The notes beneath the pieces were generated by a model. The model saw nothing but the letters and a program-made list of their open reading frames with translations. It did not search any database and was not told the DNA's origin. Both the position numbers and the translations under genes were made by a program. Below, in pieces: positions 19,249 to 27,968 of a DNA stretch of 64,000 nt (position 1 is the first letter of the stretch; every line of letters begins with the position of its first letter). The DNA comes from Caldisericales bacterium (GTDB taxonomy: Bacteria; Caldisericota; Caldisericia; Caldisericales; Caldisericaceae). The DNA is taken from positions 59,554-123,553 of the forward strand of contig WFZA01000049.1 in assembly GCA_015489815.1 (NCBI GenBank). Direction: 5' to 3'.

Positions 19249-20229
19249 TTACTTAAACTGTTCCAGAAAACGCAGATCATTTCTATAAAAGAATCTGATA
19301 TCTGGTATATTATGCTTGACCATGGCTATTCTCTCTATGCCCCAACCAAATGCAAAGCCCTGGTACTCTTCAGGGTCTATTCCTGCGTTTTTTAAAACAT
19401 TTGGATGCACCATACCAGAACCACCCATTTCAAGCCAACCACCAAAGTTTATCGAAGTTTCCGCCCCGGGTTCTACGAATGGAAAGTACGAAGGGTTAAA
19501 TCTTACTTCTACACTTTCACCAAACATCCTTCTGGTAAACTCTGAAAGTGTGCCTTTCAAATTGGCAAAGGAAACATTTTTATCTACGACGAGTCCCTCC
19601 ACTTGATGAAATATAGGAAAATGGTGTGCATCAGGTGGATCTTTACGATAGCACCTTCCAATTGCGATAATTCTAATCGGTGGTTTGTACTTTTCCATTG
19701 TCCTTACCTGTATGGGCGAAGTCTGCGTACGAAGAAGAAATTCATTCAACAAATAAAATGTATCCTGCATGTCACGCGCAGGGTGAAATTCAGGTATGTT
19801 TAATGCTTCAAAGTTGTAATACTCATTTTCTACTTCTGGCCCGGTCATTATGTCAAATCCCATCGAAAGGAATATTTTTTCAACCTCCAGCATCGTTTTC
19901 GTAAGGATGTGGAGGCCACCCTGTTGAAGTTTTAACCCCGGAACCGTAACATCAATTTTTTCCTGAAGTAGCTTCTTTTCTCTTTCGATGTTTTCCTGCT
20001 CTTTTATTGACTCCCTGAGAACATTTTCCATTAAGGACTTTAATTCGTTAATCTTCTCCCCAAAGATTTTACGCTGTTCTTTCGGAGTAGATTTCATTTC
20101 CTTAAAAAGTTCTGCAACCTTGCCTTTTCTACCAAGAAAGTACTTCTCAAGATCTTTTAACTCGCTCAAGGTCTTACCCTTTACTTTCTCGTAAAATTCT
20201 TCCTTTAACTGAGAGATTTTATCTTTCAT
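19249..20229 (-). CDS. pheS: Phenylalanyl-tRNA synthetase alpha subunit
   Basis: Class II motifs (FHPARDMQDTFY, GRCYRKD, GFAFGWGIERIAM). Confidence 0.95.
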   Translation of the reverse strand: MKDKISQLKEEFYEKVKGKTLSELKDLEKYFLGRKGKVAELFKEMKSTPKEQRKIFGEKINELKSLMENVLRESIKEQENIEREKKLLQEKIDVTVPGLKLQQGGLHILTKTMLEVEKIFLSMGFDIMTGPEVENEYYNFEALNIPEFHPARDMQDTFYLLNEFLLRTQTSPIQVRTMEKYKPPIRIIAIGRCYRKDPPDAHHFPIFHQVEGLVVDKNVSFANLKGTLSEFTRRMFGESVEVRFNPSYFPFVEPGAETSINFGGWLEMGGSGMVHPNVLKNAGIDPEEYQGFAFGWGIERIAMVKHNIPDIRFFYRNDLRFLEQFK

Positions 20230-20370
20230 TAAAAATCCTCCGATTCGTCGTATTTAAATAAATTGTATGCATAAGAAATAAATTGTCAATGAGGTTGTTT
20301 TTTATTTTCAACTGATTCTCTTTTTACAAAATGTAAATTGCGAAAAATAACTATAACCGTATAATTAAGT

Positions 20371-21207
20371 ATGAAAGAAAATGCCTATGCAAAAATAAAT
20401 CTTACTCTTGAAGTTTTAGGAAGATACATTAACGGATATCACGGAATCTCATCTGTATTTCAACAAATCAGTTTACACGATTCGATCGTAATCGAAAAAA
20501 CTAATGGAGAAACTAAAATTCAGTCAAATTGGGATATCGGTGAAGAAAATACAGTAACAAAGGCAATAAATGCATTTGAGAAGAAGACACGCACTTCCGT
20601 AAAAGTTTCCGTAAAGTTAACAAAAAGGATTCCAATGCAGTCAGGACTTGGCGGGGGAAGCAGTGACGCTGCAACAGTACTGAAAATGTTAAATACGATG
20701 TACGGGAATCCTATAGAAGTGGTGGAGTTAAAAAAAATAGCTACACTTATAGGTGCAGATGTCCCATACTTTTTTACTGGACATACGGCACTCGTTTCCG
20801 GCAAGGGCGAAAAAGTAAAACAGATACTTGGAAACCTGCATTATTATGTCGTTTTGTGTTTACCAGAGTCTGGAGTACCCACAAAACTTGCATATACGCT
20901 GTCAGATAAATACAAACTTTACGACGAAGGAAAGCATACACAAAAATTACTTTCTGCAATTAGAAAAAAACTTCCAATAGAAGGATATCTGTATAACCAC
21001 TTTGAAGTGATTTATCAGAAGGAACCCAACTTCAAGAAGCTGATAGACTTTCAAAAAAGGATCGAGACGATTACAAAAAGAAAAGTACACCTCAGCGGCA
21101 GCGGAAGCGCATTTTTTATTCTGTTTAAGAATCAGAAGGAATTAACAAAAGCAGCAGAAAACCTTAGGAAAAATGGCATTTCTATTATTGAAAGCGAGTT
21201 CGTCTAA
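20371..21207 (+). CDS. ispE: 4-diphosphocytidyl-2-C-methyl-D-erythritol kinase
   Basis: GHMP kinase with KINLTLEVLG and PMQSGLGGGSSDAAT motifs. Confidence 0.9.
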   Translation: MKENAYAKINLTLEVLGRYINGYHGISSVFQQISLHDSIVIEKTNGETKIQSNWDIGEENTVTKAINAFEKKTRTSVKVSVKLTKRIPMQSGLGGGSSDAATVLKMLNTMYGNPIEVVELKKIATLIGADVPYFFTGHTALVSGKGEKVKQILGNLHYYVVLCLPESGVPTKLAYTLSDKYKLYDEGKHTQKLLSAIRKKLPIEGYLYNHFEVIYQKEPNFKKLIDFQKRIETITKRKVHLSGSGSAFFILFKNQKELTKAAENLRKNGISIIESEFV

Positions 21208-21264
21208 CGATTGCCATAACGACGAGTATTTTTCTATAACCACATTTTTTGCTAAAATACCGCT

Positions 21265-21642
21265 ATGATTAAACTGATATACATAGCAACAGGTGGTGCA
21301 ATAGGTGCAGTACTCAGGTATGCAACTTCAGGTTTGTTTTACGCTTTAATGGGAACAAACTTCCCGTACGGGACGCTCTCAGTAAATGTTATAGGTTCTC
21401 TACTTATAGGATTTTTTTTCGAACTTTTAGAGCAAACTACGATATCTTCTGACATGCGTTTGCTGATATTCGTAGGTATATTTGGCGCATTTACTACATT
21501 CTCGAGCTTTAGCCTTGAAACGGTAAACTTATTTAGAGATGGAGAAATAATGCTCGCAACTGCAAACATTCTTCTGAACAATGTTCTTGCAATAGGAGGA
21601 ACGATATTGGGCATTCTCTCTTATAAGTACTTTTTTATTTAA
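21265..21642 (+). CDS. crcB: Fluoride ion channel CrcB/FluC
   Basis: 125-aa four-TM protein, MIKLIYIATGGAIGAVLRY...GTLSVNVIGSLLIGFF. Confidence 0.85.
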   Translation: MIKLIYIATGGAIGAVLRYATSGLFYALMGTNFPYGTLSVNVIGSLLIGFFFELLEQTTISSDMRLLIFVGIFGAFTTFSSFSLETVNLFRDGEIMLATANILLNNVLAIGGTILGILSYKYFFI

Positions 21643-21659
21643 CAAAAAGGGGTGATTAA

Positions 21660-22001
21660 ATGGAATTACCAGAAAATGGGACACTACTCAGAATTTTTAT
21701 AGGGGAAACGGATAAACACAACGGGAAGCTTCTTTATGAAGCAATTGTAAGCAAAGCAAAAGAACTAAACCTTGCTGGAGCCACAGTATTTAGAGGTATT
21801 CTTGGTTTCGGGGCACAGAGTAGAATTCACGCAGCAAAGTTTCTAAGGCTCTCTGAAGACGAACCAGTGGTAATAGAGATAGTAGACAAAAAAGAAAGAA
21901 TAGAACAAATTCTGCCGTTTCTCAACGAAGTAGTTGACAACGGATTAATTACGATGGAAGAGGTCAAAATTCTCAAATATGTACACAAAAGAAAAAAGTA
22001 G
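21660..22001 (+). CDS. DUF190 (PII-like) protein commonly partnered with crcB
   Basis: 113-aa protein, LLRIFIGETDKHNGKLLYEAIVSKAKELNLAGATVFRGILGFG. It lies directly downstream of crcB. Confidence 0.7.
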   Translation: MELPENGTLLRIFIGETDKHNGKLLYEAIVSKAKELNLAGATVFRGILGFGAQSRIHAAKFLRLSEDEPVVIEIVDKKERIEQILPFLNEVVDNGLITMEEVKILKYVHKRKK

Positions 22002-22035
22002 AGCGCAAATTAACTTAATACGCTCTACTTTTAAT
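22000..22035 (+). terminator. Possible terminator after the DUF190 gene
   Basis: AGAGCG-15-nt loop-CGCTCT followed by ACTTTTAATCTT. The large loop makes this a weak call. Confidence 0.3.
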
Positions 22036-22040
22036 CTTAC

Positions 22041-25000
22041 TTATGGATAAGTAATAGTTATACTACGCGTTGCATTATCCCATACGATTTTTGCACCAAA
22101 TGCCTCTGCTATAAACCTTAAAGGCACCATAGTGTGATTCTTTATAATGAGAGGCGGTGCATCAAGCATTACTTTTTTGTCGTTAATTGAAGCAAAACTT
22201 TTTCCTATTTGAAGGATAATCGTCCTGTTATTTAGAGTAATAAATACGAGTTTAAATACAGGATACCACTGAATCTTTGCACCAAATGCTTCCGATATAA
22301 ATCTTATTGGAACGAGCGTTCTGTTTTTTACTATCAGCGGCGGCGCATCAAGCAATTTCTTTTCGCCATTTACTATCACATACTTGTTTCCAATTTGAAG
22401 TATTATAGTAGTTTTAAGAATAAGTTTTACGGGAATTGATACTTTAGTTTTATTCCCTGCAAGGTCTGTTGCAACGACACTAATCGTGTTAAGGCCTTCT
22501 TTTGAAAGCGTTAAGGTGCAGGAGAACGAATAATCCTCCGGATTTACAGGTACTGAAATACCGTTAACTGTTACCTTTGCATTCTTTTCAGTCTTTCCCT
22601 TTACAGTTACAAATTGAGAGTGGATTACCTGGAATGCAACAGGAGCAAACACGGTAAGTTTTGGTGGCGTAGTATCTACACTTACGGTAAGGTTTACAGT
22701 TGTGACATTACCCGCCTGATCCGTTGCCTTAATAACAAATGCCGTTTTCTCTGAGATATTTTGGGAGTAAGTAAACGAACCGTCAGGAAGGACATCTACC
22801 GACTTTCCGTTCACCGTTACCGTCGCACTTTTTTCAGTTTTCCCCTTTATTACGCAATTATGTGTGTTTAATACTTCGTTATTTTTAGGTGAAAGAATAG
22901 TAAGTTTAGGAGGAATAGTATCTACTTTAAACTTCTTACTAACTACATCACTTTTGTTGTTTTCGTTATCAACTGCATAGCAGTAAAGCGTGTGCACTCC
23001 ATCAGGCACAGAGATCGGAGAAGTATAAATAGTAGGACTTCCGTTATCAAAGTAATAGTAAATTACCGGATGAGGGTCAATCGGGCTACTCGCAGTAAGT
23101 ATTACGATCGGATGCGTCTTGTAGTAGCCATTTAGTCCGTCTGGATTTTCAGGGTTAACGCTCATAGACACGGTAGGCAAAGCAACAATAGTAACCTTTT
23201 CTGCCTTTATCCAGGTAGGCTCTGCCGTGGTAGAGATTTCAAAGTAATAGTCACCTGTAGTCTTCGGATTTTTAATACCTGCACTTTTGTCAATTACCGC
23301 AGTTACGGTTGAATTAGGATAAATGTACACAGGTGTTCTTACTTCTACGACACTTCCTGAACGAACTCTTACATAACTAACAGGCATATTATTTATCTTT
23401 ACGGAAGTTATCGGAATATTGTGTGGCAGATAAAAACCGACTGGGAATTTTATTAAAATTTTGTCCACTCCTGCTTGAAGTGCGCCTGAGGCACCCGTTA
23501 CGAAAGAAACTGTAATAGAAATATTTTTACCAACGCCATTACTGCTTAGTTTTACTGTGGGATTCAATATATGAGATTTTACGATATGCACCTCGTAACT
23601 TACGGATACAGAATCTGCAGAGGTATACACTGAAAAGCTATAAGTTCCAGCATTATCTGGATTTCTGATGCCAGCCTCTTTTTTAAACACCACGGTAACA
23701 TTTGAATTATTGCCTACATAAACAGGAGTAATTATCGTAACTTTTCTATTTGAGATCGTAACATTGTACGCTTTACTACCGTTTACCAGAACATACGAAG
23801 AGTTAAAGTAAGAAGGTAGTTTAAATCCCTGTGGAAATTCCACAAAGATTTTACCGGAAGAAGCAGACAGTGCACCACCTGAGGAAGTAACAAACGCAAT
23901 GGTGCATTCAGAATTTGCATTTTGAGTATTAGGTTTCAATGTAACATTCAAATTTGATATTGAAGTTCCAACGATATTGTACTTGTTAGAAGTCGCTGGA
24001 ATTACATCTCTATTCGTAGAGAGCGTTAAAGTATACAATCCCGGAGGCGGATTTTTAATCCCGTAATTAGAAGAGATAAGGACATTGCAGGATGAGTTAT
24101 TGCCCACCGAAAGATTATTTGGCAGGTATATGGTTAAAGTTTCCCCGTTAACATACCTGCTCGCCACGCTTACGCCGTTTATCGTAATGTAATTTGGGCT
24201 TCCGTTAGGAATTTGCGTTCCCTGAGGGAAAGTAATTTTAATGTAGTCACCACCCGTGAGTGCCCCGTTAGGACCCGTAACAAACCAGATAGAATAAGTT
24301 GCTGCAGCATACGCCGTGTTGGGAGAAACAGAAACTGTAAGATTCTTTATGTTACTTTGCACGATCGTATACGAATTAGAAGTTGCAAATGCAGGCTCCT
24401 TGTTCGTAGCAAGTTGAATTGTATATGTGCCAGCAGGTGGGTTCTGCACTCCAAAGTCTGTAGTTATGTCAATAGAAGCCGTATAGTTCGCAGGACAATT
24501 CACAGGCGTCTTTATGTCGAGTTCAAGATTGCCCACTCTCGTAACACTTGAACAGTGATATCCATTTACCAGTACATAAGAAGCATTAATCGTAGAAGGA
24601 AGGACAGTACCCGAAGGAAATTTCACATATATGTGGTCATTGGTGTAAAGTGAAACATTGGGAACAAAAGAGATTGCATAGTCAGCAATACTTCCACTTG
24701 AAAGCGGGCTTACGATTACGGTCAAACTCCTTACCGTCTGTTGTATGTACAACGGATATGTCTGCGCTGCTTCCTTTGAAGTAGAAACCGAAATATCGTA
24801 ACTTCTCCCTCCAACAGGCGGATTCTTGATACCAGCAGAACTGTAGATTTGAATGTTTACACTTCCGTTTGCTGCAAGATCCTGTCCAGGATAGATTCTT
24901 ACCGTCTTCCCGCTTACAGTAACATTATAGGGCAAGACTCCGTTCACCCTTACAGCATTTTTATTAATCGTCGTAGGGACATAAAACTCATTTGCAAACT

Positions 25001-25196
25001 GCACTGAAATGTAATTCGCGTTTCTTGAAAGTGCCGCTGCTATCGTAATAGAAATTGTGTAGTTTGAAACCGTATTGGGCGTGTCTGGATTTGCAACTAC
25101 ACTATTTACCGTAAGCGCAAACGCAGAATGCGGTAATACCACCATTACAAGCAAGAGCACGAGAAAAACTGAAAGTACTCTCTTCATTTTTACCAC
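22041..25196 (-). CDS. Large secreted cell-surface protein: six or more ~115-aa novel repeats, two Ig-like domains and two C-terminal CAO-N-like anchoring domains
   Basis: Signal peptide. Repeat modules each end in ...S(S/N)xGI(K/Q/R)NP(P)xGxYxxxxST. They are followed by TPPKLT...KGKTEK...VNG Ig-like modules, and then LVPIRFISEAFGAKIQW and MVPLRFIAEAFGAKIVWDNATRSITI. Confidence 0.7.
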   Translation of the reverse strand: MVKMKRVLSVFLVLLLVMVVLPHSAFALTVNSVVANPDTPNTVSNYTISITIAAALSRNANYISVQFANEFYVPTTINKNAVRVNGVLPYNVTVSGKTVRIYPGQDLAANGSVNIQIYSSAGIKNPPVGGRSYDISVSTSKEAAQTYPLYIQQTVRSLTVIVSPLSSGSIADYAISFVPNVSLYTNDHIYVKFPSGTVLPSTINASYVLVNGYHCSSVTRVGNLELDIKTPVNCPANYTASIDITTDFGVQNPPAGTYTIQLATNKEPAFATSNSYTIVQSNIKNLTVSVSPNTAYAAATYSIWFVTGPNGALTGGDYIKITFPQGTQIPNGSPNYITINGVSVASRYVNGETLTIYLPNNLSVGNNSSCNVLISSNYGIKNPPPGLYTLTLSTNRDVIPATSNKYNIVGTSISNLNVTLKPNTQNANSECTIAFVTSSGGALSASSGKIFVEFPQGFKLPSYFNSSYVLVNGSKAYNVTISNRKVTIITPVYVGNNSNVTVVFKKEAGIRNPDNAGTYSFSVYTSADSVSVSYEVHIVKSHILNPTVKLSSNGVGKNISITVSFVTGASGALQAGVDKILIKFPVGFYLPHNIPITSVKINNMPVSYVRVRSGSVVEVRTPVYIYPNSTVTAVIDKSAGIKNPKTTGDYYFEISTTAEPTWIKAEKVTIVALPTVSMSVNPENPDGLNGYYKTHPIVILTASSPIDPHPVIYYYFDNGSPTIYTSPISVPDGVHTLYCYAVDNENNKSDVVSKKFKVDTIPPKLTILSPKNNEVLNTHNCVIKGKTEKSATVTVNGKSVDVLPDGSFTYSQNISEKTAFVIKATDQAGNVTTVNLTVSVDTTPPKLTVFAPVAFQVIHSQFVTVKGKTEKNAKVTVNGISVPVNPEDYSFSCTLTLSKEGLNTISVVATDLAGNKTKVSIPVKLILKTTIILQIGNKYVIVNGEKKLLDAPPLIVKNRTLVPIRFISEAFGAKIQWYPVFKLVFITLNNRTIILQIGKSFASINDKKVMLDAPPLIIKNHTMVPLRFIAEAFGAKIVWDNATRSITITYP

Positions 25197-25311
25197 CTCC
25201 TATGGAATATTATACCTCTACTTATATAGACGGAAAACTACCAAAAAAGTTCCACACCCAACAAACAAGGATAAATACTGACCAAAATAGAAAATTACAC
25301 TTACGAGTAAT

Positions 25312-26247
25312 TTATTTTTCGATGTATTTGTAAAATTTTTGCCCTTTTAGTCCCAATTCAACTATCTTATGTTCACTCTCCAGGAGCTCAATGTACTTTA
25401 AAACTTCGTCACGATGTACACCGAGGCCTTCTGCAAGGTCTTCAAGTGTCTGAGGCCTGATGCGTATACTGCTAATAATTGCCTTTTCAAGATCCGGTTT
25501 GTAAGCAGCATTCGTCTCTCTGTTGAAAGGCTTTATAATTTCTGCACCATTGCCTATAATTTTCTGCGCAAACTTTAATTCTTCGTCGTCCAGTGGCTTT
25601 GCAAAACCAAAAGCAGGCGGCCTTACGACCGTATTTATCTGTACCTTGTCAGCCTTTATTTCTGGAAGCACTTTCGAAAGTGCACGATAGTTTTCCTCAG
25701 TATCGTTTACCCCTTTAACGAGCATTATCTCAATAAGCAAAGTTCCTTTGTATGCTTTCCTGAAGTCGATAATTCCAGAGATGATTTTTTCTGCAGTTAC
25801 GCCTTTTGCAGGCTGATTTACTCTTCTAAGGTACTTATCGTCTGCTGCATCCAGAGTACACTTCACAAGATCAGCTGGTAGAAGTTCCTCTCTTACCTCC
25901 GGCAAATGCAAAAGTGTAGAATTCGTTAAAACGGCAACAGGAATTGACGTCATTTTTTTAATCTCACGGATCATGTAACCGATTTTAGAATTAAGAGTTG
26001 GCTCGCCAGAACCAGAAAATGTAATGTAATCTATTTTCCCGGGATATGTTTTTAGATATTCGCTTAGTTCGCTAAGTATCTCTTCTGCAGGAATATACTC
26101 TTTTCTTTCAAGCGTAAGCTGTGTAGTTTTTGCAACTTCACAGTAAACACAATTAAAGCTGCAAACTTTTAGAGGCACAGGATCTATACCAAGAGAAACA
26201 CCCAACCTTCTTGAAGGAACAGGACCGTATATGTGTTTGTATTCCAT
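25312..26247 (-). CDS. Radical SAM enzyme with a C-terminal winged-helix-like tail
   Basis: CSFNCVYCE (CxxxCxxC) follows the GPVPSRRLGVSLGIDP motif, and the GSGEPTL glycine-rich SAM motif is present. The last ~60 aa (TLEDLAEGLGVHRDEVLKYIELLE) look like a wHTH domain. Confidence 0.8.
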   Translation of the reverse strand: MEYKHIYGPVPSRRLGVSLGIDPVPLKVCSFNCVYCEVAKTTQLTLERKEYIPAEEILSELSEYLKTYPGKIDYITFSGSGEPTLNSKIGYMIREIKKMTSIPVAVLTNSTLLHLPEVREELLPADLVKCTLDAADDKYLRRVNQPAKGVTAEKIISGIIDFRKAYKGTLLIEIMLVKGVNDTEENYRALSKVLPEIKADKVQINTVVRPPAFGFAKPLDDEELKFAQKIIGNGAEIIKPFNRETNAAYKPDLEKAIISSIRIRPQTLEDLAEGLGVHRDEVLKYIELLESEHKIVELGLKGQKFYKYIEK

Positions 26248-26266
26248 TTTTTTTCACCTCCCTGAA

Positions 26267-26293
26267 CCCCCCGTTCATTTTTGAAACGGGGGG
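26267..26293 (-). promoter_or_regulatory. GC-rich intercistronic stem-loop between the NifX-like and radical-SAM genes
   Basis: CCCCCCGTT-9-nt loop-AACGGGGGG, a 9-bp stem in an AT-rich genome. It has no U-tract and is followed on the minus strand by the AGGGAGGTG RBS of the radical-SAM gene. Confidence 0.4.
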
Positions 26294-26300
26294 ATAGTTG

Positions 26301-26822
26301 TTATCTTTCAGATTCAATTTTTTCTATACGGTTAATCAGGTTCTGTGTTCTCTTTTTTAATACTTCCACGGCCTCTTTTAAACCTTTAATTTCAGCACTC
26401 AAGTCAAAATTTTCAGAACGAGAAGCACGATGTGGTTCGTGTTCACCAGAGTGCTCGTGTTCGTGTTTAGGCTCAGAAAAAACGACATTTTCTGGTGCAT
26501 TTGCAAATTCACCTTTCTTATAGCGTTCCACTGCTTCCCTTAAGGTTCCTGTAACTCCCGTAATAATTTTTACACCAGCCTCCTGTAATACCTCTCCAGA
26601 ATTCGGTCCCATATTTACAGTTAAAACGACATTTGCTCCTTTATTTACTATGAACTGCGCAGCCTGTATACCCGCGCCACTCATTGCGCTCGCAGCCGGG
26701 TTCGGTACAATTTCAAACCTATCTGTGTCCGTATCGTAAAAGGCATAATACGGACACCTACCGAAGGAACTACTTACCATTGCGTTTTCATCACTGCCAT
26801 CTGACGGTAAACAAATAATCAT
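26301..26822 (-). CDS. NifX/NafY-like (dinitrogenase FeMo-cofactor-binding domain) protein with a His/Glu-rich and coiled-coil C-terminal extension
   Basis: GRCPYYAFYD...GAGIQAAQFIVNKGANVVLTVNMGPNSGEVLQEAGVKII matches the Nitro_FeMo-Co fold (PF02579-like). The tail is PKHEHEHSGEHEPH followed by a heptad-rich EIKGLKEAVEVLKKRTQNLINRIEKIESER. Confidence 0.75.
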   Translation of the reverse strand: MIICLPSDGSDENAMVSSSFGRCPYYAFYDTDTDRFEIVPNPAASAMSGAGIQAAQFIVNKGANVVLTVNMGPNSGEVLQEAGVKIITGVTGTLREAVERYKKGEFANAPENVVFSEPKHEHEHSGEHEPHRASRSENFDLSAEIKGLKEAVEVLKKRTQNLINRIEKIESER

Positions 26823-26834
26823 ATCTAACCTCCT

Positions 26835-27128
26835 CTACTTTTCCAATTCCGAAAGTCTTTTTTCAATTTCCGTTAGTGTATCGGAAATGTTTTTCAAAAC
26901 ATCGTGGATTGCAAGAACCTCGTCTTTTTTGCTATATCCGTATGAGGCATATGGCGTATATTCAACACCATTTGGATAGTACCCCCACTTCCACCATCCG
27001 CGTGGAAGCCATGGATAAGCCCTACAATAAGGGGTAGGATTGCCAAATCCATATGCCCTACCAAAGCCATAGCCAAAGCGTCTGCCATAACCAAAACCAC
27101 CGCCAAAACCATAACCGTATCTGAACAT
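26835..27128 (-). CDS. Small Gly/Tyr/Arg-rich low-complexity protein with a C-terminal coiled coil (DUF5320-like)
   Basis: MFRYGYGFGGGFGYGRRFGYGFGRAYGFGNP...WWKWGYYPNGVEY followed by DEVLAIHDVLKNISDTLTEIEKRLSELEK. My recollection is that DUF5320 proteins combine a G/R-rich N-terminus with a coiled-coil tail. Confidence 0.55.
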   Translation of the reverse strand: MFRYGYGFGGGFGYGRRFGYGFGRAYGFGNPTPYCRAYPWLPRGWWKWGYYPNGVEYTPYASYGYSKKDEVLAIHDVLKNISDTLTEIEKRLSELEK

Positions 27129-27132
27129 ATTG

Positions 27133-27534
27133 TCACCTCCCTTCTTTATTTAAAATGTTTTTAATTTTTACATGCCCATCTGCTTTTAAAACTCTGCAAG
27201 CATCGTACGATGCTTTGCCCTGTGCAATTGCAAGTGCACAATCCATACAGGTAGGATACCCGCACGCCTTGCAATTAATTTTAGGTAAAACTTCGTAAAT
27301 TTCATCAGCCAATTTTTTTGTTTTTTCGTCAATATTTTCTAACGAACTTCTCACAGTAGTATCAGTAACAAATACCCCTTTACTGCTCCTGCCATAAGCA
27401 ACGCCTCTACCAACTCTCCGGCCAAATCCTCTACCCAGCCCTCTGCCAAAACCGCGGCCTTTTCCAATTCCACCGCCTCTTCTACCGGTAAATGGCCCTT
27501 CTCCCCGTGGTCCTGTTCCATCACCAAAAGGCAT
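27133..27534 (-). CDS. Gly/Arg-rich (RGG/GRG repeat) protein with a C-terminal RnfB-type putative Fe-S cluster motif
   Basis: N-terminus MPFGDGTGPRGEGPFTGRRGGGIGKGRGFGRGLGRGFGRRVGRG. The C-terminus CKACGYPTCMDCALAIAQGKASYDAC matches the CxxCGYPxC...AxAIAxG...C motif of the RnfB/ACS 'FeS' domain (PF04060-like). Confidence 0.6.
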   Translation of the reverse strand: MPFGDGTGPRGEGPFTGRRGGGIGKGRGFGRGLGRGFGRRVGRGVAYGRSSKGVFVTDTTVRSSLENIDEKTKKLADEIYEVLPKINCKACGYPTCMDCALAIAQGKASYDACRVLKADGHVKIKNILNKEGR

Positions 27535-27968
27535 TACTTGTCACCTCCGTCCTTACAATTTCCACACTCACCAAATATTTGCATTTCAAAAGAAGATAAA
27601 CTAAAGTTATACTTATTTTTCAACAATTCTTTAATTTCTTTAAGGAACTTTCTGACTTCCTTGCTATCCTCTGAAAAATCCATTATGTCGCCGCAATTCG
27701 TGCAAACCAGATGAATCTTAGCAATGTGTGGCTTCTTTTTTAACTGATAGTGCTTTTTCTTTTTCCCAGAAATAGAAATAGATTCTACAACTCCATTCTT
27801 TTCGAACAACTTTAGACTTCTATAAACAGAAGCAAAGCCAATACCTGGATAAAGTTTTCTTGCTACTTCAAACACTTCTTCCGCCGTTAAGTGTTTTTTG
27901 CTATTATTTAATACGGCAAGTACTACTTCGCGTGGTTTTGTCATTCTGAAACTATTTTTTACTTTCAT
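27534..27968 (-). CDS. Fur-family metalloregulator (Fur/PerR/Zur-like)
   Basis: MTKPREVVLAVL...HLTAEEVFEVARKLYPGIGFASVYRSLKLFEKNGVV, a structural Zn site (CTNCG...ECGNC). The start is taken at the MKVKN ATG, which has an AAAGGAG RBS; this is M13 of the track ORF. Confidence 0.8.
   Translation of the reverse strand: MKVKNSFRMTKPREVVLAVLNNSKKHLTAEEVFEVARKLYPGIGFASVYRSLKLFEKNGVVESISISGKKKKHYQLKKKPHIAKIHLVCTNCGDIMDFSEDSKEVRKFLKEIKELLKNKYNFSLSSFEMQIFGECGNCKDGGDK

Noticed and set aside
20230-20370. T-box leader upstream of pheS, or riboswitch upstream of ispE
   Set aside because: The divergent intergenic region is only ~140 nt and AT-rich, with no specifier or T-box conserved sequence. It is too short for a T-box.
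24213-24551. Multiple small antisense ORFs inside large genes (for example 24213..24551, 17484..18395, 5507..6157, 56353..56661)
   Set aside because: They are embedded antisense within well-supported long CDSs (surface protein, pheT, SBP, GerMN) and have low-complexity or odd composition. They are typical six-frame noise.
26894-27136. 80-aa alternative-frame ORF overlapping the G/Y-rich protein gene
   Set aside because: It is in a different frame of the same strand and lacks an RBS. The G/Y-rich frame is favoured by the operon spacing and its coiled-coil tail.
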